A stretch of 64,000 nucleotides of DNA. Origin: Octopus sinensis (lineage: Eukaryota). The position numbers were made by a program, and so were the translations under genes. Shown here one piece after another: positions 1 to 13,430 of the stretch. Within the stretch, counting starts at the first letter, position 1, and each line of letters starts with the position of its first letter. Where the stretch lies: positions 108,314,001 through 108,378,000 of the forward strand of contig NC_042999.1 of NCBI RefSeq assembly GCF_006345805.1. The letters run 5' to 3'. Under the pieces are notes generated by a model, which was given only the letters and a program-made list of their open reading frames with translations, was not told where the DNA came from and ran no database searches.

Positions 1-680
1 GAGTGATGTTGTGGAATCTTATAATTAATCAGGTACAGCACCGAGGCAGTATCTACAATAATTCATGTATGTATGTATGTATATATATATATACATACAT
101 ACACTCTATACTGTTTTCTCTTTCATCCTTTTCTCTAATTCCCTTTTCTTCCTTTCATCATTTTCTATCTGTCTGTCTGTCTCTCTCTCTCCCCTCTTTC
201 TACCTTTTTCTCATTGCTCACACGTGACCATCACCCACCTTTCTTTTCCTCACATGATCATCATTCTTTTCTGTCAGGACTATCCTAAGGACTGGACATA
301 TCCCATCTCTCTCTTTTATCTTTCATCTTGTCAAAGAAAATATTTCTCTAGTGTTTGCTACTTTACCCTCATTCTGGTCTAATGACCCTCCATGTTTGTT
401 TTCGTTCGGTTTCCTTGTATGTCTCCACTGTCCTGTTCTTGTTCCCAACTTGGACCCTCCATAAATCCCAAATTTTATTTTGGTACTTATGGGAGCAACT
501 GTCTTCTGAGATTTATATTGTCGTTCACTGCTTGAAATTAGGAGTTGATGGACAGCCGACAACTGATGAAGGGTCATTGTTTGTGTTACTTGTCCTGTTT
601 TCCATTTGTTTCTCTTGTTTGTATATTGAACTCTGTTGTTTTCATGTTGTTTACTGTTTGTGACATCTTCTACCCATATA

Positions 681-681
<1 letters not shown>

Positions 682-729
<48 letters not shown>

Positions 730-740
730 TATATATATAT
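682..740. repeat. (TA)n microsatellite
   Basis: Direct reading; one of many TA tracts, e.g. 1805-1840, 12716-12767, 38446-38491. Confidence 0.95.
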
Positions 741-750
741 AAAGCTATAA

Positions 751-1130
751 GAAGTGACAAAGGAATATATTCAGCATATTTTGCTTTATGAATTCATTAA
801 AGGCAACAATTCAACGGAAATTGTGAGGAATATTAATGCAGTATATGGGGATCAGACAGTAAGCATAAGCCAGTGTCAGTGGTAGTTCCAGAAATTCCAA
901 GCCAAAAACTACAGCCTAGATGATGAGCCTTGTCCTGGAAGATCTGCAGAGCTTGACAAGGACGTCCTACAAACCCCGGGGGAACAAAATCTCATCATAA
1001 ATGTCGAGGAACTAACAGAGTAGCTTGGATTTGGTCATTCAACCATTCATCGACACCTGCATGCCATTAGAAAAGTCAGCAAATTGGGTCAATGAGTTCC
1101 TCACAAACTTTCCATGTCTAATCGCATGCA
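751..1130 (+). mobile_element. Decayed mariner (Tc1/mariner) transposase, N-terminal HTH region
   Basis: Manual translation from 751: EVTKEYIQHILLYEF..GNNSTEIVRNINAVYGDQTVS..FQKF..NYSLDDEPCPGRS..STIHRHLHAIRKVSKLGQ*VPHKL. This matches the mariner DNA-binding domain and WVPHEL motif, with in-frame stops. No TIR seen. Confidence 0.9.
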
Positions 1131-1220
1131 TTCATGAGACATTCTGTTGTATCTCACGAATGAACCAAGAGAGAAACACAAAAACACACACACAAATATA
1201 TGCACATATATGTATATATA

Positions 1221-1380
1221 CGACAGGCTTCTTCCAGTTTCCATCTACCAAATCCACTCGCAAGGCTTTGGTCAGCCCAAGGCTATAGTAGAAGACACTT
1301 GCCCAATGTGCCATGCAGTGGGACTGAACCCAGAACCATGTATAGAGTTGCAAAGCCAGCTTCTTACCACACAACTACGC
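1221..1380 (-). mobile_element. Abundant tRNA-related SINE (GTGGCTGTGTGGTAAGAAGCTTGCTTCCCAACCACATGG family)
   Basis: Homologous to many copies in the window, e.g. 2512-2670, 9220-9370, 10555-10680, 22375-22530, 36055-36205, 36525-36680, 46630-46750, 58880-59040 (approximate limits). Confidence 0.85.
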
Positions 1381-1798
1381 TTGTTTATTATGTTACATAG
1401 ATATCCCTAACCAATTCATTCATATATGATCAAAGGTTTTTTGGAGGCTGCATTAACAAAAGACAAAACAGGGGATTGGTGTATAAAAGCTTCATTTCCC
1501 AAGAATATTTAGAATTTGACCAACATCATCTGCATTTGTGAGCATTTTGACACAAGATTACATGACTTTGGGCACGTTGCCATTTTAAAGATTGTGTGAC
1601 TTTTATCTAAACATGCAAGTCATGTATCTACCTAGAAGCTCTTGCATTGACTCAAGGATGAAGTTATAAGACATAAATATCTTTGCATAATTTCTTTGAA
1701 AAACATTTTTAGCTGTTTGTGATCTCATTATGTAACACCTTAGAAAAATGTTTACAATTGAAGACTATGTAGAAGATTCTCTCAGGTGTGTATGTGTG

Positions 1799-1840
<42 letters not shown>

Positions 1841-1843
<3 letters not shown>

Positions 1844-2215
1844 AGATGCAATGACCCAGTGGTTAGGGCAGTGGACTTGCAGTCATAGGATCGCAGTTTC
1901 GATTCTCAGACCGGGTGTTGTGAGTGTTTACTGAACGAAAACAACTTAAGCTCCATGAGACTCCGGTGGTAGTGGGGGTGAACCCTGCTGTTCTTTTTCA
2001 CTACAACTTTCTCTGACTCTCTTTCTGTTTCTGTTGTACCTGTGTTTCAAAGGGCCAGCCTTGTTACACTCTATCATGCTGAATCTCCCCAAGAATTACA
2101 TTAAGGGTACACTTGTCTCTGGAGTGCTCAGCCACTTGCATGTTAATTTCATGAGCAGGCTGTTCCATTGATTGGATCAACTGGAACACTCATCATCATA
2201 ACTGACGGAGTAACA
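1841..2215 (+). mobile_element. tRNA-derived SINE, family with GGAGGCGCAATGGCCCAGTGGTTAGGG head
   Basis: Pol III A-box-like TGACCCAGTGGTTAG and B-box-like GTTTCGATTC. The head is homologous to the minus-strand copy at 25595-25890. Confidence 0.8.
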
Positions 2216-2429
2216 TGATGATATATATATATATATATATATACTGTATATACACATATACATACAGAGAGAGAGAAAGAGAGAGAGTTTGATGATGGCT
2301 TAATTGGCGCAAAAATTTGAAGTCATTGTCAATACAGTTCTTGTTAAAAAATGAATTTGTATGCTGCCACAAATTTTGAGTAATCCTTCAGATTAATGTA
2401 AGATTGGTTTTATTATAATGTAAAAAAAA

Positions 2430-2430
2430 C

Positions 2431-2461
<31 letters not shown>

Positions 2462-2511
2462 TGCATGCATGCATGCATGCATGCATGCATGCATGCAAGC
2501 AAGCAAGCAAG
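2430..2511. repeat. Compound tetranucleotide microsatellite (TATG)n-(CATG)n-(CAAG)n
   Basis: Direct reading; stepwise single-base motif drift. Confidence 0.95.
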
Positions 2512-2670
2512 CGCAGGTGTGGTTGTGTAGTAAGAAGCTTCCTTCCCAACCACATGGTTCCAGGATCAGGCCCACTATGTGACACCTTAGGTAAATATCT
2601 CCTACTATAGCTTTGGGCTGACCAAAGCTTTATGAGTGGAGTTTGTAGACAGAAACTGATAGACGCTGAT
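2512..2670 (+). mobile_element. Same SINE family, plus-strand copy
   Basis: GTGGTTGTGTAGTAAGAAGCTTCCTTCCCAACCACATGGTTCC..ACTATAGC..GACCAAAGC..GAAACTGA. Confidence 0.85.
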
Positions 2671-4529
2671 TTTATATATATATATAAATAGATAGTTTCA
2701 GTATCCACACACACACATATATATATGTGTAACTACCTGAACTGGTCATGACTTCTGGTACTTGAGTGAGGAAAGAAGGCCACAAATGACCCATGTTTTT
2801 TTGCCTGTCCTTCTAATTGTTGTTTCTTTTGTCCACCTTTGTTTTGTCTGTCTGTCCAAATGTTTTATTGTCCTCTATTGTGTTTTTGTTCCATATATAT
2901 ATATAATGTGTCTTTGCATCTGTGTTTGTCCCTCCATCACCACTACCACTGCTTGACAACCAATGTTGGTGTGTTTACATCCCTTTAACTTAGCAGTTCC
3001 GCAATAGAGATCAATCGCATAAATACCAGGCATTAAAAAAGAAAAGTACTAGAGTTGATTCATTCAACTGAAATTCTTCAAGTTGGTGTCCCAGTATGGC
3101 TGCAGTCTAATGACTGAAACATGTAAAATATAAAAGACATATTTATATAAGTCTGCTCATGTTTATACTACATAAATCTGGTGTTGTGTTTATTTTGTAG
3201 TACTTTATATCTTAAAACCTAGCAGTTCAATAAATAGAGACCAATGAAAAGAATACTAGACATATCATCTGTCAAAATGTTAACACAACTGATTGGGAAA
3301 TACTTAACTATTCTCACTCTTTCCCGCTCCTCAGTCTCACACTTGTATTGGCTAAACCTACTAAAATGCTCTTCTATCATCAACAATGACTTTGTATTTT
3401 GAAAAGGCCTTTGAGAATCACTATGCAGTGAATACAGCTAAAATAAATTCAAACAATGCCAATTACTGTTCTTTCTTATATTAATCAAATTTTTCATTGA
3501 ATTTGATTTATATTAACATTTACTGCATAAGAAAAAAAAAATTGAGCTTATATTTTTCATATTTTTTCTCATAGTTTTTCTTAAAAATACAAACAAACAA
3601 GCAAATAAATAAATAGTTTCACTATCCATATAGAGGTTCTTTGAAAGAGTAAAATTGTACTTGGTTAATGAAGCAGATATCCTTAAGCTTGTTTCTACAA
3701 CTGAATATATATCAACTGCATCTATTGATAAGAATAGTTCCATTCAGAATTGCATATTTACTGTCCTTCAGCAATTCCATACAGTAGATTTTTTTTATTG
3801 ATAATCAATTTGCCTGAAACACAGATTTTATTTTAATATTGCAGGATGTATATGTGTTTAGAAAGTTTGTATTTCTCATTGCACACTCACTCACACACAC
3901 ATATATATATATTGGGGTAAGATATATATTTGCGTATGCTTAAATAGATGACATTGTTGCTTTAGTTCTGTAACTATAAATATTTATCTTTGCATTTATG
4001 AGAGAGAGAGAAACTGTTGTATTTATGTCCAACACTGGCCTTTGTATAAATGCATGACACCTTTTCATTTTAATTATGAATGTATGCATATGAGTTACTG
4101 TACAATCAAGTTTATGGTCTACAGAAATTTTTGCTCAGTTACACAAGTTTGGAAATGAACAGTATATTTATAGAAAGAGAGAGAAACTATGTAATAAAAC
4201 AGTGATTTTTATATAGGGTTGCAGCACTTCTTTGGAGGCATTGTGAGCTCATAAAGGAATGGAAAAGGCTAAAAGAGTGCTATGAGAGGTGTTTCGTGTT
4301 TAGAGAGGTCAGGATTTTTCGTAATAAATCAGGTACAACACTTATATTTTCAATGCATTTTCAAAAATGTCTTTTTGGGCAATTAGAATATCAGTGGGAC
4401 ATTATGTTATTAGTAAGCAGAAAACATAATTGATGATGCACTGAAGCCCAATATAATTTCTTGATTAATTTGTATAGAAATTTAATATAGGGATCTGTCT
4501 CTTTTCCCCCATATACTTGCTTACTGGAA

Positions 4530-4880
4530 TCCATAGACATCCAATGTTAGCAAACATGTTCGGCTTTGTTCTCTGTTTTCCCCAACAACTTGGTACTTAT
4601 TGGAGACCAGGCTTTCTGAAACCAACTGTTTAGGATATCAAGTATCATCAGTATCTTCTTTTGCTGGCTTCTTTCTTTCAGTTTTCCAGTTGTCACCAAA
4701 TGCTCAAAGATTCTTCTTCTCATATGTTATCCAATGAACTAAACCTGTGGACTTATTTTGAAAAACCTTTCTGGTAGCTTTTGCTCCTCTACAGAGCACT
4801 AGTCCATTCAAATATCGAAAGGCATATACTTGTTGGCATAGTATAAGAAAATTGGCTTCAATGGGATTAAAAATTTTCTT
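4530..4880 (-). mobile_element. Highly decayed RTE-clade LINE, ORF2 C-terminus
   Basis: Minus-strand translation gives FIG*HMRRRIFEHLVTTGKLKERSQQKKILMILDIL, resembling the RTE/BovB-type ending (FGHVMRR..LEHLVTTGK.EG.R.RGR..K.LD). Boundaries approximate. Confidence 0.6.
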
Positions 4881-6276
4881 TTCTTGTTAGAACATGTGAC
4901 ATTGTAAAGCACCATTTGGTGAAAAGGGACACTGATCTACAAAGGATTGAGAGCTTCTGGTCTGAAATAATAGTAGAAAAAGCTACATTATCATTTCTCT
5001 CTCAAACCTTAATAATGTCAAGTTGAAAAATGTTTTATTTCTTTTTTTTTCTTTGATGTGTTGTTGATTTTGTGCAAAAATTATGTAGAATTCAGTTTTG
5101 GGTTTTTTTAAATTTTGTTTTTAGTTTGGGTTTGCAGTTTTGTTACTCTTTTCCTGTGGTACATATCTACTAAACACTATTAAGTGGATTGTTTTGTCAA
5201 TCAGAAGTTAGATTCTTGAATTGTTTGGTAGCAGCATTTTTAACAACCAAAGTTACTCTATGAAGGAGAACAAGCTATTGAGTATTACTAAAATGTTCCA
5301 CTGGCATGAATAAATATATAAATAAGTGGTGATTTACTGAATTATGTATACTAATCATTCTGAATGAATTGAAATTTCCCATTTAGTTGAAGCAAAAGGA
5401 AATTTTTGTAGTAATTATTAGAAATTCTCAAATAAAAAAGGGGAGATAATTTTTAGGAATTAAGAACTAATTTTCATGCTTAATGGGAAAATCTGAGATT
5501 TGTTTGCATAGAAAGAAACAGTTAAGGACATGTTTCTGTCTTACTGGAGCTCATCAGCCAAATACTGTCTATTGAAGTCTTTACATAGTCTTTACATATA
5601 TAAAGAACAATTCACAAAGATTTTCATGTAGCTTACATTAGTAAAATATAAAATTAGCTATGAGAAATTATTCAAGTGAGCCACGTGTATGAATTTTTAA
5701 TTATTAAACTAAAGAACCAAGTAGTAAATGATATATGTACAAAATTCTCAGTTAACTGAAATTTTTCTATAAGTCTAAGAAACCAAAAATGTTGTAGTAA
5801 ACAAAATCTAATCTGTGTTGTATTTGCCCTTTTGTAATAATGCATTTGCATGGTGACCAAGAAGATTTTTTAGATCATATATATTAAATGTAAAAAATTA
5901 GTTTAGATAAAAACATATTACAACTGAATTACTACTTTGTTTCAACTAATTTTAAAAATAATGAACAATTTGCTAAAGTAACCTTGTTATTATTACGCTG
6001 TTGGTTATAATATAAATTAGCATGAAAAATTTTAATTTTTGAGGAAAAATTTTAATTTACATCCCTTTCAAAAAAAACGTTTCCATCTTAGAACTAAGAG
6101 CAGTTTCAGGGTTGATGCCAAAATGGTTGTCTTCATTTGATTGTGTAATTGCTGTTGAGGACACACTTGCTCCAGAATGAGAGAGAGATTTTTTTTTTCT
6201 TTTCAACTTGTTGGTTGCTTGCTGGGATAACTGCCTGCAGTTTTATGCTGACAACATATTGAGGGAAGCTAATCAA

Positions 6277-6541
6277 TTAACCCTTTTGATACCAACCTCC
6301 CTTAGACTGCCTTAGGTTCTATGATACAGACATCTTATTTTGAAGTGATTGAGATTAAAACATTCCATCAGAATTCCATGTTATGTTCCAAACACCAGTT
6401 TTATAATGACAAAGTCATTTTACTCCCTTCTTCATTAATTTCAAAACTAATTAAAAACTAATGCCAAAATCAAAAATCATCATCATCATCACCATTATTA
6501 TTATTATTATTATTTTAGAATCATGCTTGTAAGGGGATTAA
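6277..6541. mobile_element. Possible decayed piggyBac-type MITE
   Basis: Starts TTAA-CCCTTTTG and ends AAGGGGA-TTAA; TIR match is poor beyond the termini. Confidence 0.35.
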
Positions 6542-7019
6542 TAGAGATGAAAACAAGGCACTAGTTGCTGCTTTGTCATATATATATCACATATACAATT
6601 CTTCCATATCATATGCTTTTTTTGCTTTTCCAGCCTTTGCAATTTTGTTTGTTACATTTTCCTTCCAGTTTTTACATGCTAGTTTATTTACATAAGTATA
6701 GTCATCTTTCTGTCTTATGCGTTAAAATCTCTTACCACAACTGTTTCCAGTAATAAATACCAAATGCAGAGTATTGTTGTTCTTTATACTATTCTTAAAC
6801 TAAAATTCAACATCTGGTCTCCATGTAAGTGTTTAGTATCAGCAAGTTAGAAGTAGATAGTTGCCGAAAGGTTTGTAAGAAAAGAAACCAATGAGTGCCT
6901 TGTGAGTGAATTTGGTAAATGGAAAGTGTGTGGAAACCCATATATATATATCTGTCCTCTGAACCACCCCTCCCACTGGTGCTCCCCTATATTTCTGCAC
7001 CCCCCCTATAAAAAAAAAA

Positions 7020-7262
7020 AAAAGCACCATCCGAACGTGGCCGATGCCAGACCCCTCTGGCACCTGTGCAGGTGGCACGTAAAAAACACCCACTACACTC
7101 GCGGAGTGGTTGGCGTTAGGAAGGGCATCCAGCTGTAGAAACACTGCCAGACTAGACTGGAGCCTGGGGCAGTCCCGAGCTCCCCAGACCCCGGTCGAAA
7201 CTGTCCAACCCATGCTAGCGCGGAAAACGGACGTTAAACGATGATGATGATGATGATGATGA
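7020..7262 (+). mobile_element. (GAT)n-tailed retroposon, young CpG-rich copy
   Basis: ..GTGGTTGGCGTTAGGAAGGGCATCCAGCTGTAGAAAC..TCCAACCCATGCTAGCGCGGAAAACGGACGTTAAACGATGATGAT. Other copies at about 19380-19435, 32370-32490, 39244-39520, 40125-40360, 48505-48620, 49380-49720, 54255-54430, 59990-60395. Confidence 0.85.
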
Positions 7263-7272
7263 TATATATATA

Positions 7273-7838
7273 TTGAGTTGTCCGGAAAGTTTGTGCCGAT
7301 TTATAGTAGCTTACCTTTCAATTTTTTTAGAATATGGTTGAGTCCATAAAATAGGATTTGACTACACCTCCATTTAGAGTACAGTTTAAGCTATCTTTTT
7401 GTGGAAGAAGGTTTATGTTCCTATAACCTGTGTTAATTCTGTAATCCTTTAAAAATGGAAGATAAGAAAGTTCATTTTCGGCACTTGATGTTTTGGGAAC
7501 CAGACGAAAATTGCTGCAGCTCGGCTGTGGCTGTGTTACCCCACCCACCATATTCACCAGATGTTGCTCCTTCGGATTTCCACTTATTCATATTTCTGCA
7601 GAATAGTCTTAATGGAAAAATTTCACTTCCTTGAATGACGTAAAAAGATACCTTGATGAATTCTTTGTCATGAAACCACCTCAATTCTGAGAAGAGGGTA
7701 TTTTCAAGTTAAAGGAAAGATGGAGACGCATTGTACAACAAAATGGTTCATATTTGGTTGATTAAAAATCTAATGACAAGTATTTATTGACCTTTTTCTT
7801 TCCTTTAAAAATCAGCACGAACTTTCTGGACAACCCAA
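7273..7838 (+). mobile_element. Internally deleted mariner element with both TIRs and TA TSD
   Basis: TIRs TTGAGTTGTCCGGAAAGTTTGTGCCGATTT and revcomp TTGGGTTGTCCAGAAAGTTCGTGCTGATTT, flanked by TA. Retains the transposase C-terminus VLPHPPYSPDVAPSDFHLF..F*EEGIFKLKERWRRIVQQNGSYLVD* (YSPDLAP motif). Confidence 0.92.
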
Positions 7839-8962
7839 TACACACACACACACATCTTTGTGTGTGTATGTCTTTATGTTCTTCCACCATCACCACTCCT
7901 GTTTGACAATCTATGTTGGTTTGTTTACTTACTTGTAACTTATTGGTTGAGCAAGTAGTATAAGTACAAGACTTCAAATATATCTCCAGGGGTCAAATGT
8001 TTGGCTAAATCCTTCAATATGGTGTCCCTGTATGGCTATAGTCTGCTGGCCAAAATAATTTTAAAAAATAAAAGATAAAGGAGATCCTTTTAAGGTGGAT
8101 AAAAATACTAAACCAGGGAAGCAAGATTGGTTAAACTATGAGAAAACCAAGTCTGTTACCTGTAGTATTTGTTCTAAGTTCTTGCATTTCTGACAACATC
8201 ACCTGCAATGGCACTGGTACCAAGCTGTATCAGCTGAAGTTGGCAATCTTTTCCTTGGATAAACATTAGTGACATGGAAAGAGTAAGCTCGAATTAATGT
8301 GCAACTGACAGACTTCCTCAAATATATCTTGCCTCATCTCATGGTTGGTCTTGACCAACAGAAACCTTTATAGAGTCTGACAGACACAGGATTTCAGTAT
8401 TTCATGAAATGTAACTATTAGAACTTTCTGAAATACTTTTAAAGTTCTTGGAACTTTATACTTTTATTCTTCAGCATCAGTAAAGTACATTGGTGTTACA
8501 TTTCTTGATTATAAATATAAGTTTGAGTGGACAAACATTTAAACAACAATATCATTGTAATATACATGACAGCAAATTATTTCAGTATTTATGACACTTC
8601 ATAATATATATATATATATACATATGCATATGACAAAGATTTATCATTGTAAGTTTATAAAACTTGTACATTAATAAATATGAAGTTATAAAATCTATTG
8701 TTAATTTAATACTCCTGCAATTGATAATCACAATGTATTCACCAATCTAACAAAAGATCATGATACAAAAACTATATTTTAAAACAGTCAACAGCATGTG
8801 TATAATTTAATGGTTTCATCATTTGATTACATTGTTTTTGTTTTTTTTATGAATAAATATATATTTTGAGAAAACATCTTTATGCAAAATTCCGTTTGAA
8901 AATGTAATGCAAGTATGTTTTCTGTTTTATGCTAGTAACAGAATTAATGTTTAGATAACCAT

Positions 8963-8980
8963 ATATGTGTGTGTGTGTGT

Positions 8981-9021
<41 letters not shown>

Positions 9022-9040
9022 ATGTGTGTGTGTGTGTGTG
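8963..9040. repeat. (TG)n microsatellite
   Basis: Direct reading. Confidence 0.95.
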
Positions 9041-9571
9041 AGTATTTTACAAGTTGAGGTCTCTTCAAATGTCATATGAAAGCCAATCACTATGGTTCAA
9101 GAAGCTTCCACTTGTAATACAATATAAATGCATTACATTATCCATTGAGCACATTTTATACTGTATATGTTATGCAAATGTTATCTGATCCATATGTGTG
9201 TCAGGGGTGGTAGATGTTGTATAACTATGGTTAAGAATTTGGTTTCATAATAACAAGATCCTCGGTTCAATTCTAGTATGTGGCATCTGGTGAAGATGTT
9301 ATTTTCCATAACCTTAGGCTGACCCATATCTTGTGAGCAAAACTGGATAGACAGAAACTGTTTAGAAACCTGTCAATTGCATTGTTCTTGTGATTCAAAA
9401 GTTAAAGCTTTGTCACACACAGAATGTCACTCTGAGTTTGCCTGAGTATTGTATGAAGAGTGCTCCTTTTTCTGGAATGCTCAACTACTTACACTTGAAT
9501 TCAGGAGCAGGTGATTCAGTTGGTTTAAATCCTCATCGTTAAATAATGGAAATTTACTACCACCACCACAT

Positions 9572-9619
<48 letters not shown>

Positions 9620-9834
9620 GGGTGGAAATGCAGACATAGTTATATAGTGAAGAAGTTCACTTTACTACCATGAGATTCTGGGGTCAATCTTATTGAGTGG
9701 TTATTTTTACTGCACTCAAATTTTCATTAACCTTAACCATGGAGAGCAGTTTTATGTACCAATCTGACTTTTGTTGGGGAATGTCATTTTTGAAACTATT
9801 TCTTGCTGGGTTATTTCAAGTTTGTTGAGGCAAC

Positions 9835-9913
9835 ATGAATGCAGAAAATACCAGTTCTATTCTTTGGTTGGTATTTATCACTACTGGAATAATCATGAAA
9901 TCTGATTTTGCAG
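9835..9913 (+). CDS. Candidate first coding exon with signal-peptide-like sequence (unverified)
   Basis: CAAC-ATG context, MNAENTSSILWLVFITTGIIMKSDFA, phase-1 donor G|GTAAAG, possible upstream acceptor TTATTTCAAG at 9820. No downstream exon could be linked. Confidence 0.3.
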
Positions 9914-11918
9914 GTAAAGATTTTGCAAGTTCTTTACACATGGATAAATGCACATGTGCATGTATGTGTATATAATATACTCACACACACATATTATGTT
10001 GGGGTGAAAACATCTATACTTACTCTGAAGTGATCCGTATAAATGTCCAATTCAGATTTTCTCCTTTACAGTGAAATCTACACTGTAGTTTGTATCTTCA
10101 CAAGCAGTTAAAGAAGAACCTATCAGTGTACTCACTCTGGGGTCAATATAATCAAACTAGAGCCCTTGAAGTTAGGGCCCAGAGATGGCCAAATTCACTG
10201 AAATAAAAATAGTCAAGTGTGTATGTGTTTGTGTGTACATGTGTATTTCCGTTTCCACCACCATCATTTTAATATTTGGTTATCCTTGCTTGCATTGGTC
10301 ACATGAAATTCGTTGAGACAAATTTTGCACCATTGAACACCCTTTCTGTCACAAGCCCTCACCTATTTTCAAGCAATGTAATATTTCCCCATTACCACAC
10401 ATGTTTTTTGGGGCGATGTGAATAAATTATCCTGCTTGTATAACAGTGGCACTCATATACAACTATCATGTGACATTAAGATAATAGGACATAAACACAC
10501 AAACCCACATGTAGGCACTCACACTCATACACATGCATGCACTCATACATATAAGTATAGGACTTTATGTAGTTTCTGTCAGCCAAATTCTCTCACAAGT
10601 CTTTGATAAGCCCAGGGATATTATAATAGAAGACTGAACCCAATACCATGTACTTGGGAAGAGAACTTCTGGCCCATGCTTGTACATATATTTAGTGGTA
10701 TATTTTTCTGGCTTCAGTTATTGACCCGTGGTTATACTGAGGCACTAGATTCTTATTTGTATAGCCAATTGTATTAACTTCAGTTTTTATTTTGTCAATC
10801 TCAGAAGGATGAAAACTGAAGTGGACCAAGAAAATATTGGAATTCCAAGCATAAAAGTATGTATCTGGAATACCACATCATATTTTATGTGACACTCCAC
10901 TTATTCTACTACACAGTGTGTCTAAGTATCTTTAGAAAATGCTAAAGTATGACATTCTAAATATTTTTAATAAGCTAAAGCTTATTATTAAAGAAAATTT
11001 TGTTATTTATTTTTCAAAATTTTATTTTGCTATTTATGTTGTATGAGTTACAGGTTATTTGAATGGTAAACTAACCTACCCACAGTACCCTCTAATGAAA
11101 TTAAATAGGTTATGTTTACTTACATAATTACATAGTGAACCAATTTCTTTGAGATATTGATAGATATAACAGTCAGTGGTGCAAAATATATTCAAACACT
11201 GACATTCTCTTGTTTGCATACATTAATTTTTCAGTTAAATAGTCAGTAAAATATTTGCTTCAATTATGTGAGTGTGTGCCAGTAGGTGCACATTAAACAT
11301 TGTCTTGCTAAGCGTCTGAGATGAGTTGTCATTAATAAGATTAACAGTTTTTGGACTATTAACCTCGTTTTTAGAGATAAAAGATGAAAGAGTTTTTCAA
11401 TATTTACATTATTTTCAATATTTACATGAATACTGCACTTCGATCGATTTGATCTCTGATTGACATCAGCTGTCTTATTCTTGGATGTGTACATAGTACC
11501 AGACTGGATTTTCAACTTAGAATCGTTAATTCTAAACTAAGGTAAATAACACATTCTTATCAACTAAGCCACTAGCACATATATCACTTACTTCATATTT
11601 CTTTTACTGGTTAAGAGTACCCTTCCTCTTACTTTAGAAATAGAGATCACTAGTTCAAAACCATATTATGTACAGCTGCCAGAAATAAGACACCTGATGA
11701 TGATGAAGATCAGATCGCTCAAACTGAATTATCTGTTCTGTGCTATAGATGTAAAGATTGAACAATCTTCCATTTCTAAAGATGAAGTTAATAATCTAAA
11801 ACATAATAATCATGTTTTAATTAGCTTCCATCTAAAATAAGACATGGAAGAGAACAACAAATAATAAGTTAATATATTCATTATTTTATGCAATATTTGT
11901 ATAAATTATATAATTAAT

Positions 11919-12147
11919 AGGCGTAGGAGTGGCTGTTTGGTAAGTAGATTACTTACCAACCACATGGTTCCAGGTTCAGTTCCACTGCGTGGCACCTTGA
12001 GCGAGTGTCTTCTACTATAGCCTCAGGCTGACCAAAGCCTTGTGAGTGGATTTGGTAGACGGAAACTGAAAGAAGCCTATCGTATATATGTGTGTATGTG
12101 TGTGTGTATATGTTAATGTGTCTGTGTTTGTCCCCACAACATTGCTT
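11919..12147 (+). mobile_element. Same SINE family, well-preserved copy with internal (TA/TG)n
   Basis: Head through GAAACTGAAAGAAGCC, then a microsatellite, then TGTGTTTGTCCCC. Confidence 0.85.
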
Positions 12148-12718
12148 CACATCTTATTTTACCAAATAGGCTTGTTCACTCATTAATTATCTGTTACCTA
12201 ACAGTTTATTAATACATCACTGGTGTCACTAACTATGGTTCTACTTTTCAAATACTTGAGGCAATTTATAGCAAGTCATTTTAAAGCAGTTTTTATATAC
12301 TATCTTTTTTGGTGAGCAGGCACCCAGCATCAGGGGGATCAATTGACAAATTCCTTTAGGCTTAGTGAACTCTTAGCAGGACTTTAATTGCAAAGCCAGC
12401 ACTGCAAATCAGTGATGTACAGAATCGATCAGGGATGCTTTTATTAGGAGTTTAATAGTTCAGCACATCTTATGCATCCAATAACACCTGTAAAGCTATG
12501 TAATGGTTGTCGAACTATTATAAATACTCTGTTTGTTTATGTAAAGTTTGTAGATGTTTGTGTGTGCTTGATATGGTTGTAATGTAAGAAGTTAGCTTCT
12601 CAACCACATGGTTTTGGGTTTAGTAGCATTGTTCTACTGTAACTGTAGACATACCAAACATTTGCAAGTAGATTTGTTTGAAAGAATCCAGTTGTACACA
12701 CACACACACGCACATATA

Positions 12719-12772
<54 letters not shown>

Positions 12773-12969
12773 TCAAATATTGATTGGAGAGTCACTCAAT
12801 GCTTTTTAGTAGTGTTTTTTTTTTATAAAGGGAAAGATTGAAAATTACTTCAAAGTTTATGTGTGTGAAAGATATATATATATATATGTAATATAAATAC
12901 ATACATAGACGCATGTATACACACACACTCATTCATGCACACATACATATATATACACATGCAGTCAGC

Positions 12970-13430
12970 AGAAAATAATGAGAGGCCTAAAATCCATGTT
13001 AAACCTATACAGAGAAGGGCTCACCGACAAAGAATACGATAAATTTCAAAAGTAAAACCAGTCAATTCTATGGTATTCCTAAGATACACAAGAGTGAGAA
13101 AACACATGCGGTAAAGCCACAGACGTGATAATCAAAGTCCCTACTCCTAATGATCTCAAATTGAGACCTATAATAGCAGGTCCTATATGTAAAACCCACC
13201 GTCTCAGTAACTTTTTAGATACCCTCTTAAAACCATTTCTCAGGCAGGCCAAAAGCTACATAAGGGACGACCTGGATATGCACAATCACCTTCCTGAAGC
13301 AGTAAACAAAAACACCCTACTAGTATCTTTCGATATAGTCAACCTCTATTCCAATATCCATCACAACCTAGGAATAGAGGCAATTCAATTTTGGCTAGAG
13401 AATTACACCAATGAACTGGTAAACACAGGT
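12970..13430 (+). mobile_element. Penelope-like retroelement reverse transcriptase fragment
   Basis: FYGIPKIHK then LKLRPIIAGPICKTHRLSNFLDTLLKPF..SYIRDDLD..LLVSFDIVNLYSNI (ORF 13125-13475). These are typical PLE RT motifs; truncated and frameshifted. Confidence 0.88.

Noticed and set aside
323-760. 145-aa minus ORF and overlapping plus ORFs
   Set aside because: Starts in a (TA)n tract and crosses pyrimidine-rich repeat-like sequence; no protein features.
1841-1915. tRNA-like sequence (also at 59078, 62866 and 25820-25890)
   Set aside because: A/B boxes continue into SINE bodies and no complete cloverleaf acceptor stem forms; these are SINE heads, not tRNA genes.
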